NCBI GenBank assembly: GCA_963850305.1
Contig: CAWKKR010000008.1
Coordinates: 1,856,001-1,920,000 of the forward strand
DNA: 64,000 bases
Origin: an uncultured delta proteobacterium
GTDB taxonomy: Bacteria; Myxococcota_A; Polyangia; Polyangiales; Polyangiaceae
Direction of reading: 5' to 3'
A model generated the notes under the pieces. That model did not search any database and was not told the origin of the DNA. It saw nothing but the letters and a program-made list of their open reading frames with translations. Both the position numbers and the translations under genes were made by a program. Positions 51,884 to 61,071 of the stretch are shown piece after piece. Numbering within the stretch: the first letter of the stretch is position 1; every line of letters starts with the position of its first letter.

Positions 51884-52273
51884 CTACGGAACGTTGGACG
51901 TCGGAGAGTCGTCGCTCGCGTCGCGGATGGCATCGCCGCCGGTCCCGCCGTGTCCGGCCGTGCCGCCGCCACCTGCGGTGGCGCCACCTGAATTCCCCGC
52001 TCCGCCGCCTGCGCCGCCGACGCCGCTGGTGTCGCCGCCGCTCGCTCCAGTGCCGCTGGTCGCGTTACCGCCGGTGTCCGCTCCGCCGCCCGCGCCGACA
52101 TTCGAAGCGCCCGCTCCACTGTCCTTCCCGAGACCCGTGCTGCCGTTACCGAAGTCGGTCTCCTGCCCGCCGCACGCCAGGTACGACGTTCCGGTGAACA
52201 CCAAGAGACCGAGGACCACGACGTTCCTGACGTCACGTCGCGTCGCGCGGCTGCGATCCGGAGAAGTCCGCAT
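51884..52273 (-). CDS. Small Gly/Thr-rich lipoprotein
   Basis: Lipobox YLAC-GG followed by GG(A/T/S) low-complexity linker and no folded domain. Confidence 0.6.
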   Translation of the reverse strand: MRTSPDRSRATRRDVRNVVVLGLLVFTGTSYLACGGQETDFGNGSTGLGKDSGAGASNVGAGGGADTGGNATSGTGASGGDTSGVGGAGGGAGNSGGATAGGGGTAGHGGTGGDAIRDASDDSPTSNVP

Positions 52274-52479
52274 CTAGCCGACAGGGTGACGTACAGGGAG
52301 GATTGCTGTCAAGCGTACGGCGCATCCATTTTCTAGTGCCTCCTGCCTCGCTCCTTCCCCTCGCGTGGCTGCCGGATGGCATTCAGGGTCGAAGGTTTTG
52401 ATTCCCCCGGGGATTTCGCCCGAGTCGTCGGGGTTCCGGGTGGGCACCGATTTCGGGGACGGGTCCGCTATCGACCTCT

Positions 52480-55335
52480 TTGGTTCCGGGTGATACGACC
52501 CTCGGCATTCGAGAGCTCGGCGAAAGCGATCGGAAAGAGAACGAGCTTCCCGTGCCGTTCGCCGTGTTCGCCTCCCTGACGGCGCTCGTCTTCGCGCCTC
52601 TGGTCGTGGCCGCGTTCGAGGAATGCTGGTCGGGCGCCGCTCGCCGCTTTCCGACGTCGGACCTTGCGGTGCTCGAAGTCGGGGTCCGCCACGCCGGACA
52701 GCAGCTGGTCGGTCCTTACTCGCAGTTCGAGTTTCGGCACCCCGGGCCGCTTCTGTTCTGGGTCCTCTGGCCCGCGTACCGGCTAGGGGGGCAGAGCACC
52801 GTTGCGCTCCATATCGGCGCTCTCTTCATCAACGCCGCGGCCCTCGGCGGAGTGCTGCTTGCGTGCTTTCGTCTGTCGCGGACTCGGCTCGGCCGCGCGG
52901 CGAACCTCGCCGCGATCACAGTCTTCGTTCACTACCTCGGAGGATTCATCTCGTCTGCCGTCGACAGCTCGCGCCCGTCGGCGTTCGTGGACATCTGGAA
53001 CCCGATTGTCACGATTCTTCCGTTCGCGGCCTTCTGCGCCGCGTGCGCGCTCTTGATTTCCGGGCGGCCCCGCGCCGCCGTGTTCGTCGTTGCTCTGCAC
53101 GCATTCGTTTGCCAATCCCACGTGGGGTTCGCTCCGGTCGCCACGGCGATGCTGGTGTTCTCGATCGTGGCGGCGCTCCGTTCGTCGGTCGAGGGGCGAC
53201 GAACCTGGGTCATGCTGCCGGTGGTAGTGTTCGGTCTTTGCTGGGCTCCGACCCTCCTCGATGCGTTCTTCGGTTCGAGAAACGCCTCCGCGCTCGCGCA
53301 ATTTTTCCTCTCGACGCGGCCTCGCCCCGCGCCCGGTGTCGCGCTCATTCACGCCGCGCAGCAGCTCGAGGCTCCTCTCACGTACGCCGTCGGCCGGCTC
53401 GATCCGGCGGAGCCGATGAACGGAACCCTCCTCCCGCTCATTCTGTTGGCGGTCGAAGTAGCGGGTCTCGTGGCGTGTGCGGTCCGACGCAAGGCACGTT
53501 CCCCGTTGAACCTGCTCTCCGTGCTGACCCTCGTTGCCATCGCATTCGCGATCTTCTCGGCGAACCAGGTCGACGCTACTTTGCGCCTCTACCCCACGGC
53601 GTGGTTCGGCGTCGTCGGGATGCTGGGATGGATGGCGGCCTTCGGCGGGATCGGCGTCGCGGCGGACGGCTCTTCCGGGCGCGGCGCTTGGCTTCGCCGT
53701 CGATTGTCGCGCCCGGCCGAAGCCCTCTGCGCGCTCGTCGTGCTGGGGATATCCGTCGGTGAAAGCTTTCGGATTCACCACGCCTATCGAGCCTTTCGAG
53801 CTGACGTCAGCGACGACTCTCGAGCCGTACCCGTCCTCGCTCGTGCCTTTCAGCGCAGTGCGCGACTCGCTCCGAGGCCGATCTTGCTGACCGTCGAAGA
53901 TCGTGAGGATTGGGAACTCCTGGCCGGCGTGGTTCTCGCGCTCGAGCGGCGGGGCGTTCCGTTTCGTCTCGACGACGAATGGCGGTTCATGTTCGGCGCG
54001 GGACCGCACTACGGGCGTCCGGACGCGGATTCACTGCGCGTGTCGACGGTCCCCGTTGCCGATCGGGTGGCGCTGGCGACGCGCGGCCGGGAGGGCCTCT
54101 ATGCGCAGACCGGGGCCGGCAGAAGAGTGGGGGCACCGAGCACCGCGCTCTGGGTACTGGAAGACCACGGGACGGAGCACGATACGACCCACATCGTCTC
54201 TGGTGAGCCGGTTCCTGAGGGAGCGCCGTGGGACGACCCCGGGGCCGTGATCTTCGCTGATACGCACGCCTGGGTTCTCCTCGGCTCCGCTGGCGCGCTC
54301 GTCGAAGGGGTCGATGTGCTCGCCGATGCGAACGACGACTACGCCGTGGACGCCTCGACGGATGGGGCAACCTTTCGCGAGATCGCGCGCGCGCGCGCAA
54401 CGGAAGGCACAGGGCTGCGCTGGAGGCACGTCTCGCTTGCAGAGCCGACCGCGCCGCCGCTTCTCCGTATCCGGCCCGTGTCCGGAGACGGCAGCTATTC
54501 CGTCGGAGCCGTCGCACTGAAAGCAAAACAATGGGGCGTCGCGATCCTCGACCGAGCTCGGGCTGGCGGGCATCCCGATGCAGCGGCAGATGGTCGCATT
54601 CCGCGCGCTGACGCGGCGACATCCAGCGACGACGCGGCGCTGTTGCCCGCGGCCGGCTCGAGCCTCACGGCGCTCCTTCCCGTGTACCCGATGGAAACCG
54701 TCGACTTCGTGTTGCGTGGCCCTGCCCGGTACGAAGTGGAGGGAGCCGTCGATTGCGTCGCTTTTTCGGACGCACAGCCTCTCGACTGCGAGGCGCCGAT
54801 CACGACGCAGGTCGTCCAGTTGACGGATCACGAAGCATGGCGCTGCCTGCGCGTGTCCCCCCTCCCACCCTTCGGCAACCATGCCGTCGTGGAGATCATT
54901 CCTCACCCCGTCCGGAACGCGGTGGTCCTGGATCTGGGTACGCCATCGGCGAGGGTCCACCTGACGGAGGGGTGGTCCGGCGACGAGTACGATGGGTGGG
55001 ACAGCTGGGTTTGGGCCGTCGGCCGTCACGCAGCCGTCGAAGTGACGCTGGCGCCCGCAACCGCGTACCAACTTTCGTTCGATGCGGCGCCGCACGTGGC
55101 AAAAGGGCGTCTGCAGCGATTGACGGCCCGCCTGAACGGAGTGCTCCTCGGCTCCATCGAGCTCTCCGCGGGAGCCAACGCCGTCACCTTCGAGGTACCA
55201 CGCGGGGTGGCGACTTCGGCGAGCCGACTCGAGTTCGATTTCAGCGACGCATGCTCTCCACTCGAACTCGGAGAAAGCGAAGACCCTCGGCCGCTCGCCG
55301 TTCGCTTCGACCGCATCGCGTTCATCCGGCGCTAG
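52480..55335 (+). CDS. Large GT-C-like membrane protein with two discoidin-like modules and a C-terminal beta-sandwich
   Basis: TM1-loop SD..., GPYS...F.HPGP..F, WNP, QSH; soluble C-term ADANDDY.V..STDG..F...LRIRPVSGDG.YS; GWSGDE...WVWAVGR; start uncertain. Confidence 0.7.
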   Translation: MVPGDTTLGIRELGESDRKENELPVPFAVFASLTALVFAPLVVAAFEECWSGAARRFPTSDLAVLEVGVRHAGQQLVGPYSQFEFRHPGPLLFWVLWPAYRLGGQSTVALHIGALFINAAALGGVLLACFRLSRTRLGRAANLAAITVFVHYLGGFISSAVDSSRPSAFVDIWNPIVTILPFAAFCAACALLISGRPRAAVFVVALHAFVCQSHVGFAPVATAMLVFSIVAALRSSVEGRRTWVMLPVVVFGLCWAPTLLDAFFGSRNASALAQFFLSTRPRPAPGVALIHAAQQLEAPLTYAVGRLDPAEPMNGTLLPLILLAVEVAGLVACAVRRKARSPLNLLSVLTLVAIAFAIFSANQVDATLRLYPTAWFGVVGMLGWMAAFGGIGVAADGSSGRGAWLRRRLSRPAEALCALVVLGISVGESFRIHHAYRAFRADVSDDSRAVPVLARAFQRSARLAPRPILLTVEDREDWELLAGVVLALERRGVPFRLDDEWRFMFGAGPHYGRPDADSLRVSTVPVADRVALATRGREGLYAQTGAGRRVGAPSTALWVLEDHGTEHDTTHIVSGEPVPEGAPWDDPGAVIFADTHAWVLLGSAGALVEGVDVLADANDDYAVDASTDGATFREIARARATEGTGLRWRHVSLAEPTAPPLLRIRPVSGDGSYSVGAVALKAKQWGVAILDRARAGGHPDAAADGRIPRADAATSSDDAALLPAAGSSLTALLPVYPMETVDFVLRGPARYEVEGAVDCVAFSDAQPLDCEAPITTQVVQLTDHEAWRCLRVSPLPPFGNHAVVEIIPHPVRNAVVLDLGTPSARVHLTEGWSGDEYDGWDSWVWAVGRHAAVEVTLAPATAYQLSFDAAPHVAKGRLQRLTARLNGVLLGSIELSAGANAVTFEVPRGVATSASRLEFDFSDACSPLELGESEDPRPLAVRFDRIAFIRR

Positions 55336-55362
55336 AAGACGCGGCCCGAACCCGACTCGGAG

Positions 55363-56457
55363 TCAGAACGTGCCGTCGACGCCCGCGGACCCGAGCCCGA
55401 CCCAGGGGTGGACCGTCGCTCCACTCGATGCCGTTCGTTCGCTCTTCTTGCCGCTCATGACGAAGAGCACCACGCCCGTTGCCACGCCGACGCCGCCGAC
55501 GGCGAGGCTGACGATACCGAGCGTCTTGGCGCTGTTGGCACTGCTATCCAGCGACTGGATCTCCGCCTGGCTCGCCGGGCATCCCTGCGGCTGCCCGCAG
55601 TGGTTCGCGTCGAATTCGTCGTTCGCCTTGCTCGTCTTGCTTGCAGAGTTCAGCAAGAACACGGTGCCGAGGCCGAGACCGACCGCGCCGACTCCGAAGG
55701 CGACGTACGAACCAATTCTCATGCCGTTCGAGCCCTGGCCGCCCTCGTCCTCCGGTGCGGTCGCCGTCGCGGGCGGCGGCGCGGGAGTCGTTGCGACGGG
55801 GGCCCGGACCACTGGCGCCGCAGTTGCGGGTTGAGGAGCCGGTGTACTCGCAACGAACGGAGCCAGCTTGATGACGACCGTATCGTGGTCTTTCTCTTTT
55901 ACTTCGACGGTGGCGGTACCGGAGAGTCCCGTTGCCGTCGCGACGAACGTGTGGGTCCCTGGATCGACGGGCCGAGGGACCCCCACCAGCTCATCCGAAA
56001 TGCGTCTGCCGTCCTCCGTGACGGTCACCTGAACGGCCCCGCCACCCACGACGTTGACCGTCACGTATGGCAGCCGGGCCTCCAGTGCGCCGAGTTCCGC
56101 TTCCGCCGTTTGCTGGGCTTCGCGGAACGCGAGCGGTGCCGTCGGCGTCAACGGTGTGCGCGCCGCCTTTTCCAGGTTCTCGTGCGCTTGCACGAGCAGT
56201 CCGAGCTGCTCCTGTGCCTGGGAGAGATAAAGTAGATGGGTGGGCGCGTTGATGAGGTGCTGCGCGCGGCTGAACAAATCCACCGCATCGCTCCACCTGT
56301 GTTCACGAAGTGCGGTCATTCCCTCCGTTGCCGCTGCGCGCGCTCCTGCGCGCTCCTCGTCCGTCTGTGCCGAGGCTTGCTGCGCAACTAGGCTCAACGC
56401 CACCATCAGAGCGCCCGCCTTCGTGCGCGAAGAATCGCGGGAAATCCGAATATTCAT
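55363..56457 (-). CDS. Secreted TPR/PEGA-like protein with C-terminal hydrophobic hairpin (myxobacterial type)
   Basis: Signal peptide, W..A...F.RA....APT.LL, VDPG.H.F.A, AFGVG.VG, C-term GVDGTF. Confidence 0.75.
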   Translation of the reverse strand: MNIRISRDSSRTKAGALMVALSLVAQQASAQTDEERAGARAAATEGMTALREHRWSDAVDLFSRAQHLINAPTHLLYLSQAQEQLGLLVQAHENLEKAARTPLTPTAPLAFREAQQTAEAELGALEARLPYVTVNVVGGGAVQVTVTEDGRRISDELVGVPRPVDPGTHTFVATATGLSGTATVEVKEKDHDTVVIKLAPFVASTPAPQPATAAPVVRAPVATTPAPPPATATAPEDEGGQGSNGMRIGSYVAFGVGAVGLGLGTVFLLNSASKTSKANDEFDANHCGQPQGCPASQAEIQSLDSSANSAKTLGIVSLAVGGVGVATGVVLFVMSGKKSERTASSGATVHPWVGLGSAGVDGTF

Positions 56458-56526
56458 CGCACCCACGAAGTTATCACTTCGGCGCCGACGAAAACAAGGA
56501 TTTCCCCGCTCATACACGGCAGGGGT

Positions 56527-56718
56527 TCAGAAGAGCGTGTAGATGAATGGTGCCACTGCGCTCCCGCCCAGCGCGACGAGCGCGGCGAGGAGGAGCAGTG
56601 TGATCAAGATCGGCGTCAGCCACCACTTCTTCTCACGCCGTAGAAAATCGAAAAATTCACGCAGGAAGCTTCTCCTGCGCGATGCGGCTCGGGACAAAAA
56701 CTCCTTCGGTTCCGGCAT
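56527..56718 (-). CDS. DUF5989 / SxtK-like small membrane protein
   Basis: EFF.FL...KKWWL.PI......L......SAVAPFIYTLF. Confidence 0.88.
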   Translation of the reverse strand: MPEPKEFLSRAASRRRSFLREFFDFLRREKKWWLTPILITLLLLAALVALGGSAVAPFIYTLF

Positions 56719-56721
56719 GGG

Positions 56722-57159
56722 TCAGAAGAGCTTGAAGTAGTCCTCGTCAGGGCGGGGTGGCTGCGCGGCAAGCCAGTACGTGTGTTCCGAATCGTCCAGG
56801 CTCCGCGTGAGCGGGTCTCCCCCGATGAGTCGCCGCGCCCATCCCATCGGGGTGACGATCAGGAAGAACGCGATCGCAAGCACCAGGGTCGAGACAAGCC
56901 ATCGAACCGGTAGGCCGGCGACGGAAAGCGCAATGTACAAGATCCAGTTTCCGCGAGGAAACATCCAGGCCAGAAACGCGGAGCCGACGCCGACGGCGAC
57001 GAGCACGATCTCGACGGCATTCGGCGCCTGCGACGCTCGGCGGAGGCTCGACAAGCCTCCCATGTGTGCCGCGCCACCCAGAAGAAGAAAGATGACCGCG
57101 GCAGTCCAGCCGAACCGGCGGAGTTTCGCGGAGTCGGGATGCCAGTCAATCGCCGTCAA
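56722..57159 (-). CDS. SxtJ-family membrane protein
   Basis: LRRFG, FFLIVTP.G...R..G.DPL.R......YW, ending YFKLF. Confidence 0.8.
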   Translation of the reverse strand: MTAIDWHPDSAKLRRFGWTAAVIFLLLGGAAHMGGLSSLRRASQAPNAVEIVLVAVGVGSAFLAWMFPRGNWILYIALSVAGLPVRWLVSTLVLAIAFFLIVTPMGWARRLIGGDPLTRSLDDSEHTYWLAAQPPRPDEDYFKLF

Positions 57160-58940
57160 TCGCCCGCCTTTGCTCCATTTTTGGCTGGCTGAGCGGACTT
57201 CATCAACATGAATCGCCCGATCACCAGAGCATCCAGGTCCGTCGCCATGAAACAGCGATACGCGTCGAGGGGGCTCTCGACAATGGGCTCTCCGCGCACG
57301 TTGAAGCTCGTATTCACGAGGACGGGCGTGCCCGTGAGCGACTGGAACCGCTGCAGGATACCGTAGAGTCGCGGGGACCGCCGCTGGTCGACCGTCTGCA
57401 CACGAGCGGTGCCGTCGACGTGGGTCACGGCGGGGATCGAGACCCGCTTTTCATCCCGTACGCGCGCCACCAGGAGCATGTACGGACTTTCGACCCCCTC
57501 CGGCAGATCGAAGTAATCCCGAGCGCATTCGGCGAGCACGGCGGGGGCAAAGGGACGGAAGGACTCGCGGTGCTTGATCTTCCGATTCAGGATGGACTGC
57601 ATCTGCGCGGGCCGTGGATCCGCCAGGATCGATCGCGAACCGAGCGCCCGGGGGCCGAACTCCATCCTGCCGTGGAAGTGACCGACGACCTTGCCTTGCG
57701 CGAGGAGCTCGGCCGTTCTTCCGATCGCGGTCTCCTCGTCGCCTGCGGCGTCGTAGACCGCGCCTGTCCCGTCGAGTGCGGCTCGCACGGCTTCATCGTC
57801 ATAGCTCGGTCCGAGGAGCGAGCCTTGCTGGGCGTCCCCCTGACCCGAAACTCGCGGTACTCCGATGAGCTGGTGCAACACGAACAGCGCCGCGCCGAGC
57901 GCTCCACCTGCGTCACCCGCTGCAGGTTGGATCCACAGATTGTCGAAGCCGGCACCTCGCAGGATCGCAGTGTTCGCCACGCAGTTGAGCGCGACCCCTC
58001 CCGCGAGACAGAGCGTTCGCTTTCCCGTCAAGGCGCGAGCGTGCCGCGCGATGCGGAGGACGATCTTCTCTGTCACGGATTGAATGGACGCCGCGAGATC
58101 CATCTCGCGCTCGGTGATGGGCGACTCCGGCCGGCGAGGGGGTCCACCGAACAGGCGCGCAAAACGACCATTCGTCATCGTCGTGCCGCGGTGGAACGCG
58201 AAGTAAGAGAGGTCCAGGCGGAATGAGCCGTCCTCCTTCAGATCGACGAGCTCGCGCAAGATCGCATCCTCGTACCGAGGTCGTCCGTAAGGCGCGAGCC
58301 CCATGAGCTTGTATTCACCTTCGTTGATCTCGAATCCCGCAAAGTAAGTGAACGCCGAGTAGAGAAGACCGAGCGAGTGAGGGAAGCGGAGTTCCTGCAG
58401 AAGCTCGACGCGGCTTCCCTCGCCGCTGGCAACGCTGCACGTCGTCCACTCGCCCACGCCGTCGAGCGTCACGATCGCGGCGCTCTCGAACGGAGAGGGG
58501 AAAAATGCGCTCGCAGCGTGCGCTTCGTGGTGAAGCGTGAATACGTAGCGTCTCGAACGGCCGCCGCCGAGTTTCGCGTCGATGATGCGAGGGATGAATG
58601 CCTTCTGTCCGAGCCATGTCCGGACGGCCTTTTGAAAAAGGTCGAACCCCAGCGGTGCCGTCGCGAGATGCGTTTCGAGGATGCGGTCCACCTTGAGAAA
58701 TGGCTTCTCGTAGAAGGCGACGACGTCGAGGTCGGAGGCTGCAAGGCCTCCGGCCTCGAGGCAATACTTCACGGCGCGGTCTGGAAACCCCGGGTCGTGC
58801 TTCTTTCGCGAAAAGCGCTCCTCCTCCGCCGCGGCAACGATGACTCCGCCGCGTACCAGGCAGGCGGCGCTGTCGTGGTAAAATGCGGAGAGCCCGAGGA
58901 TGCTCGGGTCTGCGATTGAAGTGCGGAGCAGATCGCTCAC
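57156..58940 (-). CDS. Carbamoyltransferase (NodU/CmcH/SxtI family)
   Basis: SAFYHDSAA, EERFSR.KHD, HH.AHAASAF, DGVGE, GEYKLMGLAPYG, GGVALNC, EFGPRALG.RS, RESFRPFAP, NTSFN. Confidence 0.95.
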   Translation of the reverse strand: MSDLLRTSIADPSILGLSAFYHDSAACLVRGGVIVAAAEEERFSRKKHDPGFPDRAVKYCLEAGGLAASDLDVVAFYEKPFLKVDRILETHLATAPLGFDLFQKAVRTWLGQKAFIPRIIDAKLGGGRSRRYVFTLHHEAHAASAFFPSPFESAAIVTLDGVGEWTTCSVASGEGSRVELLQELRFPHSLGLLYSAFTYFAGFEINEGEYKLMGLAPYGRPRYEDAILRELVDLKEDGSFRLDLSYFAFHRGTTMTNGRFARLFGGPPRRPESPITEREMDLAASIQSVTEKIVLRIARHARALTGKRTLCLAGGVALNCVANTAILRGAGFDNLWIQPAAGDAGGALGAALFVLHQLIGVPRVSGQGDAQQGSLLGPSYDDEAVRAALDGTGAVYDAAGDEETAIGRTAELLAQGKVVGHFHGRMEFGPRALGSRSILADPRPAQMQSILNRKIKHRESFRPFAPAVLAECARDYFDLPEGVESPYMLLVARVRDEKRVSIPAVTHVDGTARVQTVDQRRSPRLYGILQRFQSLTGTPVLVNTSFNVRGEPIVESPLDAYRCFMATDLDALVIGRFMLMKSAQPAKNGAKAGD

Positions 58941-58962
58941 GACCGGAGTATGGACGGAAATC

Positions 58963-60835
58963 GTGCGCGCTTCAGACTTAGCCGACGCTCCACGCCCTTC
59001 GCGGGTCCCCAGCTTCGCTCTCGGGGTGCTCCTTGCCGGCGCTCTCGGGACGTACGGCCTCTACGCGGCCCGCCAGGCCGGCGGCTGCGACACCTGGGCG
59101 TACCTCTCCGACTCCTTCATTCTGCGCGGCAAAGACGTCGGGCTCGACGGTAGCTTGGATCCGGCAAGGTTCCCGGCGCTCGTCCCTCTTTGTTACGAGC
59201 TGATCCATCACGGGGTCGTTTCACTCATGCCGCCGGGCTTCCCGGTGCTCCTGGCTCTCGGTGGGCTGCTTCACGCCGAGTTCTGGGTGAGTCCCCTCCT
59301 CGGTGCGCTGAGCATCGGGTTTCTGTACGAGACCGTCAGGAGACGAGCCGGCCCGTGGATTGCGCTTTCGTTCGCCGCAATCTGGGCGACCCTGCCCATC
59401 GTCGTGTGGGGCAGCACGCAATTGATGAGCGACATGGCTGCGGCGACCTTCGGTCTGGTCGCGTTCGTTCTCGCCGACGGCGCGCGGGAACGCGCTGCTG
59501 GTGCGATGCTTGGATTTTCGTTCGGTATTCGACCTACCAACGTGCTGCTCTTGCCCGCTCTGCTCACATGCGCTTGGCGGGCCGGCGGCCTCCGGCGGTT
59601 TTGCTTCGGTTTCGGGTTCGCCCTCTTTGCCTGGTCGGCCTTCGCCATCGGACGGTATGGCGGCCTATTTCCGAGGGGCTACGCTGGCAACGTCCACGAG
59701 TTTTCGACTCAGCACGTTTTTCACCAGCTCGCGTTCTTCGGCAAGACGACGCTCTCCATGGCTTGGCCGATCGTCCTCCTGGCCCTCGTGGAGGCCTATC
59801 GGCGCCCGCGACGGAGTGCGGTGCTCCTCCTTTGGAGTCTACCCTTCGTTGGGCTCTACTCGCTGTGGAAGTATCCGTTCCAGGCTTGGTGGTGGTCTCG
59901 CTACTTGCTGCCAGCGTATCCCGCGCTCTTCATCCTGGGGGCCGGGGGCGTCGTCGAATTATCGTTGCTCGTCCGGCGCGCGGGCCTCGCCGTCACTCCG
60001 ATGCGGGCGCTCGGGGTGCTCGCGACGCTGCTGATCTGCGGTCGCGGCACGACGTTCGATCAAAGCCAGGGCCTCCTTAAACGCGGTTTCGAAAAGGGCT
60101 ATGCGGACGATTCGAGGCGGATCGCCGAGATCGTACCGTCGAACAGCCTGATCGGTGCCTTCAACTTCACTGGGCCGCTCCGCATGTACGCGCGTCTCGA
60201 GTCGTTCAAATACGACGACCCCGACGCCCTCGAGCTCGTAGACTGGGCGACGCGGGAAAATCGCCCCGTCTATGCCGTGATCGAACCCACGGAGCTCGAC
60301 ACCAACCCGCGCGTTCTCGAACTTCGCGCCCGATTCGATTTGGAGGACGTCGCGCCACTCACGAACTGGTCCGGCCTCATGCTGAAGCGCATCGTTCCGC
60401 CACGACGTGCTGGCCGTCTCGATCTCGAGCTCGGTACGCCCGCCGCGCGTCGCTTCCTGGGAAGCGGTTGGTCCGGAGACGAGTTCGACGCGCGAGAGCG
60501 CTGGGTCTGGGCCGTTGGACGCCGTTCGACTCTCACGGTGCCTCTCGAGGCCGGACGGGAGATTCTGATGACGCTCCGTCTCGCCTCGTTCGCGGCGCCC
60601 GGACGGCAGCAAGAAGTGGAGGTCGCGGTCAATGGGGCCCCGGTCGGGTCGAATCGAGCTTTCTCCCGAGCTGGAATCCCGCGTGGTTCAGTTGCCGAGC
60701 CGCGTCGTCCGGGCGCAAAATCTGATTGAATTCCGGTACGCATACGCGGTTTCGCCCAAGGATCTCGGCGAGTCCGGAGACGAGCGACAGCTCGCCGTCC
60801 TCATCGAACGGATATCGTTCCAAGACATCCGATAG
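58963..60835 (+). CDS. GT-C-like membrane glycosyltransferase with C-terminal beta-sandwich; +1 frameshift near 60651
   Basis: GCD..AY, PPGFP, MSD, IRP.N, RYLLP; GWSGDE...WVWAVGR; repaired end LGESGDERQLAVLIERISFQDIR*; start uncertain. Confidence 0.72.
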
Positions 60836-61071
60836 CCGGGCTCCGGAGCACCTCGGACCCGAGGATGTCTCCGCGCCGTTGCCGGCAAATCGGATCGCTC
60901 GGCGAACGAGACCGGGCTGAAACTGTTGGGAAACGTCGGTCGCTACATCGTTCCTTCCGTGGCGTGACCGTTCGCAACTTGTCCGAACGGAAGGATCGAC
61001 TCGACGTGCGAGACGGCCGAAAGCCCCGTCATCGCCCACTACCTACGACCACTTTTTCGAAGGAGCGCGAC

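Noticed and set aside
56527..58940. Saxitoxin biosynthesis cluster
   Set aside because: Only the widespread sxtI/J/K-like triad; no SxtA PKS-like enzyme, amidinotransferase or other core genes
60960..60976. Sigma-54 promoter upstream of urtA (TGGCGTGACCGTTCGCA)
   Set aside because: GG-to-GC spacing is 11 nt rather than the required 10; plausible only if another indel error is present
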